From assembly GCA_013265495.1 (NCBI GenBank), contig MU058198.1, positions 5,285,779 through 5,349,778 on the forward strand: a stretch of DNA of 64,000 nucleotides, written 5' to 3'. Of this stretch, positions 1-11,509 are shown one piece after another. The position numbers and the translations under genes were made by a program. Each line of letters begins with the position of its first letter. The stretch's first letter is position 1. The notes under the pieces are model-generated. The model was not told the origin of the DNA, ran no database searches, and saw only the letters and a program-made list of their open reading frames with translations. Source of the DNA: Vicugna vicugna (taxonomy: Eukaryota).

Positions 1-300
1 GGGGCAGGGAGGATCCCCCAGCCCAGAGGCTGCCAGCAGCTCTTAGCCCACCCCCATCGCCCCGAGGATCTGCGCTCTCCCAGAGTGGTTTTAATCCCAC
101 ACGCTGTGATTACCCTGCCTATTTTATGGTATGTCAGTCTTCTACATGACTAGAAATTGCTTAGGAAAAGACCTCATTTTTTTTTTCAAACCACTAAAAG
201 CAGCTCGTCTCTGTTTCTGCTTTCTCTCAAATGCATAGATGAATTCTCGGCAGCCCATCTCACTTCTGCAGCGGGGGTGGCAAGGCCTCCAGGTTATCCT

Positions 301-339
301 GGGAGGGAGGGGGAAGGAGGGAGGGGGAAGGGAGAGAGG
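301..339 (+). repeat. Polypurine (G/A) tract with G-quadruplex/triplex potential
   Basis: gggagggagggggaaggagggagggggaagggagagagg: six runs of three or more G, purines only. Confidence 0.75.
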
Positions 340-1039
340 TTCCACTAGATCACGCCCCAGGTTGTCTAAGTGAAAAATGGAAAGAATAATAGCAATGCCT
401 TTCTTGCCCCCTCAGGTTTCTCAGGAAGGGGAGAGTAAATCTCCATGAGTTCCCTGGAAGGCAGATTTTATAGAGGCTATGGAGTTGGGTGAGGCGGCCG
501 GGGCATGTTCAGAGATGGGGAAGTATTTAGACTGAGAAGTCAGGGAGTGTTTCAAGGAGGCACAGGTAAACAAGCCTGGCGTGAGGGTAGCTGGGCTGCC
601 AAGTTGAGGGTTTGGATTGTGCTTCGTCAGAATCTTTTTGCAGAGTTGAATTCCAACCAGACCAACCTGGCTGGAAAATTGAGCATCCAGTCCTGATGCT
701 TTTAATATCACTTACCACAATTGGAGAGTTTCTTGAGAAATACAGTGGTACAGTGGCTTGGTGACAACAGAGACAGCTACAGGAACATGCATTAGTGGCC
801 TCTCAAGACCCCATCCCCAGATAGAGGCAAGTGCACGCAACAAACACTTAGGGAGGGTTTACAATGCGCCTGTCGCTGGGCTGGGTGCTGGGGCACAGCA
901 GGGAGCACAGGGTCCTGCTGTCACAGAGCTTAGAGGAACGTGGGAAAAAGATAGTTCAGAGGTGAGCCAATAGTTAGATGACGGAGGTAGTGAAAAGAGA
1001 TGTGTAGGAAAAACAGCAATGGATTCGATAGGTGGTGAT

Positions 1040-1340
1040 TCCCTGGGGATATTATATAGAAGGGTTCATTAGGAAAGGGCCATTGAGGAGACATTATTTG
1101 GGCTGAAATCTGAATGATGAGAAAGGAAATGGGAAAGCTTATTTCTAAGTGCAACCAGGAGTCATTGAACGGATTTAGTAGGGAAGTAATAGACTCTGGA
1201 CGCTGGGTAGAAAATGGATTGAATGGGGTTTGGCAAGAGCAGAAAACATAGGGAGCAGTTAGGAGTCCACTGCAGCTGTCCAGGCAACAGATAACGATGC
1301 CTTCGATCAGGGCGGCAGTAGTGGAGATGATTAGATGTGT
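1040..1340 (-). mobile_element. LINE-2 fragment (first part, interrupted by an L1)
   Basis: Typical antisense L2 text (ggagacattatttgggctgaaatctgaatgatgag; gcagttaggagtccactgcagctgtccaggc); resumes at about 2060-2230. Confidence 0.65.
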
Positions 1341-1344
1341 TTGT

Positions 1345-2010
1345 CGCTACACTCACCAGAGTGGCGAGAACTTAGGAGACTAAAGATACCAAATGATGGC
1401 GGAGAAGTGGAACAACTGGGATTCGCATATGCTGCTGGTGGGAGTATGAACTGATATAAACATTTTAAAGATTGCATGACAGTATCTTCCAAAGCTCAAG
1501 GTGCATCTATCCTGAGACCCAAAAGTTGACTCCTGGAAATATGTTAAATGAGAATGAATCCTCACGTTCACCAAAAAAGAGTAAAAGAATGTATAACAGT
1601 TTTACTCATGGAACCCCCAAGCTGGAAAACCAAATGTCCATCAGCAGGAAAACAGATAAGCAAATGAACTACTGAACCCCTCAACTAAATGCACGCAACT
1701 CACACAGATCGTGTTGAGCAAAACAAAAATAGTCAGTTTCAAAAGACTATATAAGCCCATTAATGTGTGAGTCAAGAACAGATGGGAGAGGTCAGCATAG
1801 TGGTTGCTGTAGAAGGATATTCCGATATTCACTGGAAAGGACATGGGGGAGACTTCTCAGATGCTGGAAATGTGTATCTTGCAGATGGTAGCACAGGTGC
1901 ATGCATGTGTAAAAATGAAAGGAGGGTAATACTTACAGACAATTTTGTAGGTTTTGTACACAGCTTTTCATTCATATGTAAAAATGAATGGAGTTTCATA
2001 CTTACCATTT
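1345..2010 (+). mobile_element. Old L1 (L1MC/L1ME-like) ORF2 end and 3' UTR
   Basis: ataccaaatgatggcggagaagtggaacaactggg...gctggtgggagtatgaactg; aagctggaaaaccaaatgtccatcagcagg; cactggaaaggacatgggggagacttct. Confidence 0.75.
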
Positions 2011-2059
2011 TGAGTGTAAATGACACTCAAATGATAAAGCTCACAGAAATGGTTCAGTA

Positions 2060-2230
2060 GGACATGTTCTAGAGGTAAATTCAAAGGTCCAGTAGAACTT
2101 GCTGATAGAATTGGTGTGTGGTAAGAAGAAAAGAGATGAGTCAAGTACTGCTCATGGGTTCCTGGCTGAAGCAGTTGGGTGGATGGTGTCACAGATTGGA
2201 GTGTTTGATACCCAGTTGGGCAAGACGTGT
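2060..2230 (-). mobile_element. LINE-2 fragment (continuation)
   Basis: agaacttgctgatagaattggtgtgtgg...gagtcaag...ctggctgaagcagttgggtggatggtgtca. Confidence 0.65.
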
Positions 2231-2344
2231 TATCCAAGGAGTATGGCCATCACTTGTCATTTACAGGTAAACAGTGGGCACTGAGGTCTAGATCTTTGGT
2301 TCATTCTCTTTATTCAGAGCATAAGGATTTCCTTAAGTAGGCAA

Positions 2345-2503
2345 AGCTCTATGTGGAAGGCAGAGCCCTGAGATGGAAGGAAACTGGATTGCTGGCTCAA
2401 TAGGCGACTGGACTCTGACATGAGTAAGAAATATGCCATTATGATAAACCTATGAGATATAAGGGTTGTTGCAGCAGCTGGAAGGAATTACCCCGATTAA
2501 TAC
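2345..2503 (+). mobile_element. MLT1 (ERVL-MaLR) LTR 3' fragment
   Basis: ggcagagccctgagatggaaggaaactgga...gacatgagtaagaaata...gttgcagcagc...ttaataca terminus. Confidence 0.6.
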
Positions 2504-2769
2504 ACCTGAATTTGGAATATAAGCACAGAAGGGTGGGGCTGCCAAAGAGCATGAACTGGGACCCTAAGGAATGCTTAGCTCTGAGGAGCCTAGGATGGAG
2601 TCAGCCAATGGGACGAAGATAGATGGGATTGAGCCCATCTGGTGGAAATATCAAGGGATGACCAGGCTGTAAAACTTCTGCTTTTGAAAGAAAATCTGGA
2701 AGCTGGGCTATGATTGTGGACATTGGGGAACACAACTGTGGGAGTGCTATCACTAGATGTAGAGAAAGT

Positions 2770-2948
2770 CATTGATTCATTCATCCATCCATCTACCCAC
2801 ACATCCACCCTTCCACCCATTCATCTGCTCACCCATCCAACCATCCATCTATCCATCCCCTCAATCCATCCATCTATCCACCCATCCATTTATTCATCCA
2901 CCCACGTATCCAACTATCCATCCAACAACCCATCCATCCATCCATCCA
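2770..2948. repeat. Degenerate (TCCA)n tetranucleotide repeat
   Basis: About 180 bp of catc/ccat units, starting as cattcattcatc. Confidence 0.95.
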
Positions 2949-3045
2949 ATACTTCCCAACACCTGCTATGTGCCGACATTGCAAATGCAAAGGACAAATA
3001 AACAGATATGGGTCCTACCTTCTTGGAGCTCCAAGACTAGCGAGA
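2949..3045 (-). mobile_element. LINE-2 3' end fragment
   Basis: aacacctgctatgtgccg...aacagatatgggtcctaccttcttggagctc. Confidence 0.65.
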
Positions 3046-3789
3046 TGAGAGAGAGTGGCTAACACCTTATTCTCAGGTCAGCTCTTCATGGAGAGGAATA
3101 GAACCTTGCTGCTTCCTTTACCCTGAAAACCCACCTTGCAGACTCTTTGGACACAGCCAGCCCAAGTTTCTCTAAGCAACTAGAAAGAGAAGCGTATTTA
3201 ACCTCAGTTGGGCAGGACGAGACTGCTGGAGCAGCTCTTAGCCTCTGGGGCTGTTTCTGCCTGGTTGTCCCCAGTTGCCTTAAGGATAGTCCCTAATCAC
3301 ACCCCAGGGAGGAGGCATAAAACATTACACAGTGTGTCTGAGTTTGCTCTGCTCGTGTGAGATGTCTTTGCAAGGTCCACCTGAGGCCAGGACAAGGAAG
3401 GGGCAGCCATCCTCAATGGAACCAATAATCAGCTCATACAAAACTGCTCCTAGGACAGCGAATTAATGGAAATGATGATAGCCCTCTGGACCAGGCCAGT
3501 TTTCTCTTAAGCCTTCCTTCCCTGAGCAGTCTATTGCATGGTCTAACCAGTACTCACAGCGCTAGAGGTGAGAACCAGAGAGTCCCTATCCAGATTCGGC
3601 ACCAGCTTTGTCTTCTCTCCATTATAAATCCTAGTAGTAATGACAAAATGATATTAATGATAATAGTAAAAACTATTTATCGAGGACCTTCTACTGTCAG
3701 TCACTTCGTATGATTTCCTTTAGCCTCGTGCTTAGCAATGGCTCAGTCCAAGCTGTCGACACCACGGACCAGCGAGAAGGAGGGTATCC

Positions 3790-4028
3790 AGGTAATAATA
3801 TTAACTGAGTGCTTGCTTTGTGTTAGACGCCTTGGTAACTGCTTTACCTCACTTGACTTTACAACATACCTATTGCTGGGGTTTCATTACTATCTGCATT
3901 GTGCCAAAAAAACCAGAAAGGCTAAGTAACATGTCAAAGGTCACACAGACAAGGACATGGCAGAGCTGGTATTGAGCCCAGTCGCCTGGCTTCAGAGTCA
4001 ATGCACTGAAACGTCTGCGGTACTGCCA
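3790..4028 (-). mobile_element. MIR SINE
   Basis: ctaagtaacatgtcaaaggtcacacag...ggcagagctggtattgagcccag...ctggcttcagagtc (antisense MIR core and tRNA-like part). Confidence 0.8.
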
Positions 4029-4559
4029 GGGGCGTGCTAGTCTGGAACTTTCTCCAGAAGGGTTAACAAGTCAATGACACTTTGTGCAGGAAGGCAGTGC
4101 TGTAGCAAGGTCTGGAGTTGCATCGAGGAGTGTAAGTCCACCCCATGTGGAGGGGGAGGTTCTTCAACGTTTCTGGACGATGCCTGGGCTTTAGATCTCT
4201 GTCTTTCTGGAAGATACACAGACATGATCACTTATAAACTCACCGTCTTGGTCCAAACCCCTTCCTTTGCCTCCTCCCAGGAAATGAAGCTGACTGGGCA
4301 GCTGTGGGCAGAGTAGACAGACAGATCACTGGCTAGTTGGTTAGTCCAAGAGGGCTGCCCATGACAATGATACGAGCCTGGTGTAAATCCTGAGAAAGCC
4401 TCTGGGGCTGGTGAATTTCGTTTCAGAAGAGGACCACAGCACATTCGTTTGCATTTTGCAGTATGCAAAGCAAGTTCTCATTCATTGGCTTATTGAATTT
4501 GAACCTAAAAAAAAAAAAAAGCCCTGACAAGCAAGAAAAGCAGAAACTATAACCCACGA

Positions 4560-4690
4560 CTCTGGAGGGGGGTGTTGCCTTCAGATGAGGAAAGGGGACT
4601 TCAGTGAGCTGGGGTCGTTTGTGAGCTCAAGATCAAGCAGCTACGGAGTGGTGGACCCAAGAGTCCGTGCTGGTAAGTATCAGTCCCACC
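4560..4690 (-). mobile_element. MIR fragment
   Basis: cagatgaggaaagggg...gctcaagatcaagcagcta...ggacccaag. Confidence 0.5.
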
Positions 4691-5041
4691 GGCTCCCAGC
4701 AACAAACCCCTTCCCGTTGTCAGGCCCCATCCACTGCATCCATTTCCCACTGTGTCCGCGGGGCAGTCACCATACAAGGCACGTGGTGGATACTCAGTTA
4801 TTCATTGAATGAATGGGTGGGTGGGTGGATGTGCTAACCTGAGACACAGTCATGACTTAGATGTGATCATTGTGTGACAGGACCGCCTGTGCCCTCCAAC
4901 TAGGATCCGGGAAAGCTGGAAATAATGCAGCTCTGAAGTTTGTCCAGATGGCTGGAAGTGTCTAAATGCATTGACCTCCCTGAAGTTGCTTTAAAATCCT
5001 CTCTCCTTCCTTAACATTTCTTTTTTTTCTGAGAACCTTCT

Positions 5042-5070
5042 ATGCAGCACCTAACACATGCAGCACCTAA
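5042..5070. repeat. Short tandem duplication (16-bp period)
   Basis: atgcagcacctaa at 5042-5054 and 5058-5070. Confidence 0.9.
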
Positions 5071-5089
5071 TTACAGCCCCTTTATTGCC

Positions 5090-5235
5090 ACTGTTGCCCC
5101 ATTTTATCGTCTCTATTTCATAGGTTAGAAAATCAAGGGCCAGAGCGGTGAAGTAACCTGCCCAAATTTGTGCTGTTGCTTAGCGGGCAGGGCTGAGATT
5201 CTGATTACGAGCTGCCAGTTGCTAAAACCCACCTC
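5090..5235 (-). mobile_element. MIR fragment
   Basis: tctatttcataggttagaaaatcaagggccagagcggtgaagtaacctgcccaaa. Confidence 0.7.
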
Positions 5236-6309
5236 CTAAGCAGTGCTGATTTCCTGGCCAGGGTGGTCCTCTGAAGATCGTTCAGAAGAATCCAGGAGGT
5301 GCCAGACCATCCACAGCTCATCTCTCCTGAATAAATCCTTGCAGCTTCTAGCGAATTCCACCTCCTCCCTCCCCCAGTCAAGGAAGAAGCCAGCAGAAGA
5401 GATCTCGCTTTGCTCATGAAGAAGCTACTGATTAGAAAGCTGGTTAACAATTCATCTAAAAAGAGGCAGAGTATTCCAAGCATAACCAAATTAATATTTA
5501 TAGAGACAATGCTTTTTTAGCTCCAATTATTCTGAGGGCCTAGAAGCCAAGCTTAAGCGGTGTGTAGAGTGAAGAAAGGGGGAGAGGCTGCCAGGGAAGC
5601 AGGCCCTGGGGACAGTGGTCAGCATGCTGTTGGATCAAAGCATGGGGTGTCGATGGGGGCCGGGCACATTTGGTAGGGTGACCAGGTAACTTACCCCAGG
5701 TCCTTCTATTTACAGGTAGGCTGTGAGCATCACTACACATCTTCAGCTGTTCCCTTTAGCACAGAATGTGGGCAACACGTGTCTTTGCAGAGGCTGGGCG
5801 TTAAACTCATAGATGGGCCAAATGGGGGCTCTGGCAAATGAGATCAGGTACCCCCATGTCCTGCCTCCAATTCATTACTGCTGGTGGGGATGGGCTCCTT
5901 AGGGATTGGGCCTGCTTAGCCCGATTGGATAGAAAATTCAAGTTTGAATACGAAATCCCCATAGCAACTAATTGATGTATTTAAATACCAAGAGGGCCAG
6001 TAAAACATGTCTGTGTCATTTTTTTGATACACACGCCACCTTGTCATAACCTCTGGCCTGGAGGCTGGAATCTGAAATGATTTCCAGCAGCTTTGATTAA
6101 ATCCTGCTATTTGTGCCTTATAGAATACTCCTGGCGCTGGCTTAAATCCAATCAATCTGTGATGGTGTTTCTCCAGGTTCTAGAGGACTCAGCCCATTGC
6201 AAACCTTGAGCCGAAAGTTCCCGTTAGAAGTCCTAAGCCACCACTGGGAGGAGAAAGAGTTGTCATCCTCAAGATCTCAAAGTCGCCATCAGAACATTCT
6301 CTCCCTGTC

Positions 6310-6570
6310 CTCCTAGCTATGATGCTCATTTCTGGATCTCTGGTCTCGAAGTCTCAACCTCTCCTACTTGTATTCCACACAGCATCAGTGGGAACTTCGA
6401 AAACTGCAAACCTGAATGTATCGATCTTCTGTCCTCCAAAGAGTCCCCATTGCCTTCCCTCAAAAGATCAGCCTCCTCGGAATCACAGTTAAGGCCCTGT
6501 GTGATCTGATCATCACCCATCTCTCCTGTCTCATCTCCCACCACCTTTAGCCTTACGCTCTTTCACAGTT
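6310..6570 (+). mobile_element. LINE-2 fragment
   Basis: tattccacacagcatcagtgggaacttcgaaaactgcaaacctgaat...aaggccctgtgtgatctg. Confidence 0.6.
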
Positions 6571-6734
6571 AGGGATCTTTGGAAGCAGCAGGAAGTGGGT
6601 CCCACTAATTGCATCAGAGTAGGAAGAATAAAGTGACAACTGCCACCTGACTCTAAGCCACCACTGTCACTTGCCTGGATCTCTGTTTCTCCACTTGCCC
6701 AATTTAGGCTGTTCTTTTTTTTTTTTTAAAGTAT

Positions 6735-6746
6735 NNNNNNNNNNNN
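6735..6746. other. Assembly gap (12 N)
   Basis: Run of n. Confidence 1.

Positions 6747-6752
<6 letters not shown>

Positions 6753-6790
<38 letters not shown>
6753..6790. repeat. (TG)n microsatellite in an L1 tail
   Basis: Perfect tg run flanked by ta units. Confidence 0.95.
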
Positions 6791-6792
<2 letters not shown>

Positions 6793-6795
<3 letters not shown>

Positions 6796-7039
6796 TTATT
6801 GAAGTATAGTCCATTTACAATGCTGTGTCAATTTCTGGTGTACAGTGTAATGCTTCAGTCATACATGAACATATATACATTCATTTTCATATACTTTTTC
6901 ACTATAAGTTATTACAAGATATTGAGTATAGTTACCTGTGCTATACAGTATAATCTTGTTGTTTATCTACTTTAGTTAGTATCTGCAAATCTTGCACTCC
7001 CAATTTATTCCTTCCCACCCTCTTCCCCCCTGGTAACCA
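6793..7039 (-). mobile_element. L1 3' UTR (artiodactyl-type), non-inverted part of a twin-primed insertion
   Basis: tttattgaagtatagtccatttacaatgctgtgtcaatttctggtgtacag...cttcccaccctcttcccccctggtaacca. Confidence 0.85.
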
Positions 7040-7532
7040 ATGAGGTATCACCTCACACTAGTCAGAATAGCCATTATTTAAAAGCCAACAAATGATAAAC
7101 ACTGAAGAGGCTGTGAAGAAAAGGGAAACCTCCTACACTGTTGGTGGGAATGTAGTTTGGTGCTGCCGTTATGGAAAACAGTATGGAGATTCCTCAAAAG
7201 ACTAAAACTAGACTTACCATATGACCCAGCAATCCCACTCCTGGGCATATATCAGAGGGACTGTAATTCAAAAAGATGCATGCACCCCAAAGTTCATAGC
7301 AGCACTATTTACAATAGCCAAGACATGGAAACAACCTAAATGTCCACCAACAGATGACTAGATAAAGAAGCTGTGGTATATTTATAGAATGAAATACTAC
7401 TCAGCCATAAAAAGAATAAAATAATGCCATTTGCAGTAACATGGATGGACCTGGAGATCATCATTCTAAGTGAAGTAAGGCAGAAAAAGAAAGAAAAATA
7501 CCATATGATATCACTTATATTTGGAATCTAAA
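7038..7532 (+). mobile_element. L1 ORF2 3' end, inverted part of the same insertion
   Basis: ORF 7157-7339 reads [28 protein letters not shown], the L1 ORF2p C-terminal motif; segment ends at ggaatctaaa. Confidence 0.9.
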
Positions 7533-7534
7533 GT

Positions 7535-7637
7535 CTTACCCAAAACCAATATACTTGGGAGTGGCACCTGAACATCAGTATTTTAAAGCATTCTCAGTGA
7601 ATCCAGTTTGCTGCCAGTTTTGAAAACCACTGCTCTA
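7535..7637. mobile_element. MER5-family hAT-Charlie DNA transposon fragment
   Basis: catcagtattttaaagcattctcagtgaatcc...tttgaaaaccactgctcta terminus. Confidence 0.6.
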
Positions 7638-7743
7638 AACAATACTTCCAGAGAATGCTATAGTTTCTCACCTGGACTTTAACATGGATTGCTTCTATGC
7701 CCTTGTTCCAATTGTCATCTTTTCCTAAGAAGCTTATAAACAC

Positions 7744-7774
<31 letters not shown>

Positions 7775-7787
7775 ATACACACACACA
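7744..7787. repeat. (CA)n microsatellite
   Basis: Interrupted ca run. Confidence 0.9.
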
Positions 7788-8205
7788 TAAGCACACGCCT
7801 GCCTTTGCTGTGATAATTCCTGCTCAGATCCTCAAGAAAATATACCAGACCTCCACTCACTCCACCCCATGCTTCTCGATCACTGGGCATTCCACAGCTT
7901 GCTGGTGTTTGTCATCAGCCCTATGTGTTCATTTCACTAGACCAAGAACTCTCTGAAGACAGGGGCTGGGCTAGATTCATCATAGATCTGTATTCTAACC
8001 CTGGAGACCCAACCCTAAAATCCAGGGACTTCTGGTGGTTATCCTTCCATCTCTTATTTCTGGCCAACACCACATTCCAACTTGGACTGACTCTAGATTT
8101 TCAGTGTTCCATTTGGTATCTCAGATTCTTCAATCCAGAATGTACATTTTTACTTGACTCTGAAAACGTCTGTTACCCAGAAATCTTGACTGTTGAAATC
8201 TCCCA

Positions 8206-8650
8206 TGTTTTAGTCCAGGTTTTCCAGAGAAACCAAACCAAAAGAAGAAACATAAAGGAGGAGATTTATTGTAGGAATTGTCTCACGTGATTATGGAGAA
8301 TCAGAAGTCCCATGATCTACTGTCCTGTGTGCAAACTGAAGAACCGGGAAAGCTGGTGGTATAATTCTTCTGAGTCCAAAGGCTTGAGAACTAGGAGCAT
8401 CCATGTCCAAGGACAGGAGGAGATGGATGTCCCAGCTCAAAACCAAAAAGAGCAGATTTACACATCCTCCACCTCTTTGTTGCATCTGGCCCCCAGTGGA
8501 TTGGATAATGCCCACCTGCGTTGGTGAGGGTGATTCAAATGCTAATCTCCTCTGGAAACACCCCCACAGACACACCCAGAAATAATGTTATACCATTTTT
8601 CTGCGCATCCCTTCACACTGTCAAACTGACACATAAAATTAACTATCACA
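8206..8650 (-). mobile_element. MLT2 (ERVL) solo LTR, MLT2B-like
   Basis: Starts tgttttagtccaggttttccagagaaac, contains ggaattgtctcacgtgattatggag, ends aaactgacacataaaattaactatcaca; TG...CA termini. Confidence 0.9.
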
Positions 8651-10004
8651 CCCTGGGTATTATTCTGGCCTACATCGAACTGCTTTTGTTGGTTTGTTAG
8701 TTTTTGTCTTTTGCTCTTTGGATTTTGGAAAGCAAATTTGTGCCAATGTCTCTTCCTGTTTACAATAAAAACACTCACTTACTTGGTCTCAGCTAAAAAT
8801 TCCTCTGTCACCTCTTCACTCCCTTTGCTTCTTCAGAATTTTCAGCTTCCCCAGCAGCCTAAGCTATATCCTTAAAGAAAAAAATTCTTACATTCTCTCT
8901 GGCTTTTATCCCCTCAAGGCTCAAGGACTTCTGATATCTCCCAGCCTCACCCTGCTTTCCCTGAGAAAAGGACCTAGGACTTGAATTAGCAGGAGTGTCC
9001 AAAGAAAGGATTCTGACTGATCTGTGCACACAGTTTTTTCTTGATGTGCTGGAGACAGATGAGGGAAGGGTTTCATAGAGAGCTCCAATTTCTACTCAGA
9101 GTCAGCAGCTGCTCTTAAGTCAACAGAGCAATGGTGTGTGTCTGGGCTGCAGAGAACAGAGGTTGCTTAAATTGTTTTCCATCCCCTCTGAAACCAATAA
9201 GTGCTACTCCATTGCTTGGCACAATTGAGTTTCTGAACGGTGCCCCAGTGGGGTGTCAAATCAAATCTTCATCCTGTCAAATGCTGGCTCTGTGAGCTTC
9301 CAGGAACGGGCATAGGGCCAAGGGAGGAGCAGTTGGGGGTCCTGTTCCAATTGGCCTGCGCAGGGGGCCGTGGTGATCTCCTTTCCTCTGTCTCTGGGAG
9401 AAAGCAAATATCTGGGGTCTTAGAGATGCCTTCTGGAAGGTTTAAAGGGCCAGGAGCAATAGTACATGTCAAGCCTAACTTCATGATAAGGTTCAACAAG
9501 GCAGGAAGTTGTCAGAAGATGTGGGGTTGGTGAAATAATGGAAGGAGGGATGGAAGGATGTATTTAATCACCAAGTCGTTATTGAGAGCTCTTCCACCCT
9601 GGAGCGACGCCAATGAATAAGACAGAAAAGATCCCCCTACTCAGGGGGCTGATATTGTAGACATGGTCCCCTTCCAACTTACTCTGGAAAAGCACACATC
9701 CTGAAAGATGAAGAGCTTTCAAGAGATACCATAGGATAAAAAAAAAAATCTCAGTCCCTCAGAGGTCCTGGTGACTCCAGGCTTGCTTTCAGGCTACATG
9801 CTCTGGTTTAATGTAATTGCCCAGATGCAGACCTCTGGATAAGAGGCTACCATGCTTGCGCCAAGTGAAGCTCTCACTTGTCTTCCATCTCCATTTGTGC
9901 ACACCAGGCCACAGGCTCTGGGATTTCCACATTCACTTGTGATGACCCCTTTCATCCTGCGGACGCCCCGGTGGCACTCTGCCTCTGACTCAGATCCACG
10001 ATGC

Positions 10005-10240
10005 TAGATGGTATGAGGAGGTAGCTAAGATCTCAGACTCTAAAGTCAGGTTTTGGATCCCAGCTCTGCCATTGACTCATGCATGACCTTGAGCATATTC
10101 TCCAAGACTCAATTTCTTCAACCAAATATGAGGGTAATATGAATGTTAATTCTTCAGAGTTGAGATAAGGATTCAATGAGGTAATTCAGGTATGAAGTAA
10201 ATAAATGTTAGGTTCTGTAGTCATAAAAATTATTATTACC
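10005..10240 (+). mobile_element. MIR SINE
   Basis: ggatcccagctctgccattgactcatgcatgaccttgagc...ctcaatttcttca...aaggattcaatgaggtaat. Confidence 0.8.
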
Positions 10241-10249
10241 ATTCACATG

Positions 10250-10760
10250 TTTTTAAGTTTTTCATTGAGGTATGATTTATGTGCAATGCAATGCACAGAT
10301 TTTAAGTATTCAGTATGATGTCAACTGCGTAACCACTACCCAAACAACACAGAGAACGTTTCCACCTCCTAGAAAGTTCCCTCATGCCCCTTTCCAGTCA
10401 GTGTTCTCTCCCCAAGAGCCAATCACTTTCTGACATTCGTCATGATAGTCTAGTTTTATCTGTCCTTGAAAGCCGTAGAAATGGAATCATACAGTATTTT
10501 ATTTTGGAGTGTGTGTTTTTCTTCTTTTTCTCAACATCATTTTTTTTTGAGATTTGTGAGTGTTGAGCTACATCATGTTGTGTGTATCATAGTTGGTTCC
10601 TTTTCACTGCTGAGTGGTTTTCTCTGCTTATCCGTTCAGTCTGCCCAGTGAGATTGCACTGTTTTTCACTCCCACCAGCAAGATGGTGCTCCAGTTGCTC
10701 ATGTCCTTCCCAAAATTCACCACTCTCACTCTTTTTGATTTTAGTTCCATGATTTATTAG
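10250..10760 (-). mobile_element. Old L1 (L1MC/ME) 3' end
   Basis: ttcattgaggtatgatttatgtgcaatgcaatgcacagattttaagt...agaaagttccctcatgcccctttccagtca...aaatggaatcatacagtat. Confidence 0.8.
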
Positions 10761-11179
10761 TATCTGGTGCTCTGATTTGCTCATCTTGGGGCTGCTATGG
10801 TCCTAGGCAGATGCCACATTTTCAGAGTATTTACTGTGGAGCCCAAGTACTTTTGCTTAGAGAGATCTAACTCCAGATGTTTCAGGACCTCTAAAATGGG
10901 AAGAATTAAAGTCATTCTGAAGTTGGTGGTTTCAACACAAGTTACCAGCTTACTCTTCCCTATGACTGGTTCTTCTCAAAAGCCACACCTGCAAGCTTAA
11001 AGCATCACCAGCTCTTAAGCCAGCCCTTCTGTGAATACCTGGGATAGCAGAAGCCATTCCAGAGTGAAGCTTGGGGCTGATGTATCCCCAAATACACCTA
11101 TAATCCTGTGATGAGCAACATTAAAGAACACCTCTTGACTGAATGTGTCTTGAATCCGTTCCCTCCATATGTGTCATAA

Positions 11180-11495
11180 GTGTCCCAGTTTTCCTTTGTG
11201 AACCCCCCAGCTTTCAGTCCTTATGATTAGTTTCAGGTTGACCCCCTCTCTGGTTCCAGATTTATACCCATAGTGCAATCCTGGTATACCCGAGTCACAG
11301 AACATGTTTCAGAATGGATGTGTGACCAAGCTGTCCAATGTCATGTGGGCTTTTGTTGGAGCTGCTGAGAAAAAGACATTCTCCACTGGGATTGCTAAAT
11401 AGGTAACATGGAAATTCAGAACTTTTGGACCAAACTTTCCAGCTCATAGGAAGAGCCTGCTTGAGAGGAAAACATAAGCAAGAGGTAGGGAGACC
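11180..11495 (+). mobile_element. Ancient ERVL-class LTR fragment (LTR16/MLT1-like)
   Basis: ggatgtgtgaccaagctgtccaat...ttttgttggagctgctgagaaaaag...gggattgctaa. Confidence 0.55.
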
Positions 11496-11509
11496 AACAT
11501 TGTTTGAAT

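Noticed and set aside
2770..2948. CRISPR-like or coding repeat array
   Set aside because: A simple degenerate tetranucleotide repeat in a mammalian context, with no repeat-spacer structure
6233..6666. 14-bp direct repeat ctaagccaccactg (6233-6246 and 6653-6666) as a TSD
   Set aside because: The enclosed sequence is a mix of unique DNA and old L2 with no poly(A) or element ends, and a 14-mer match can arise by chance in 64 kb
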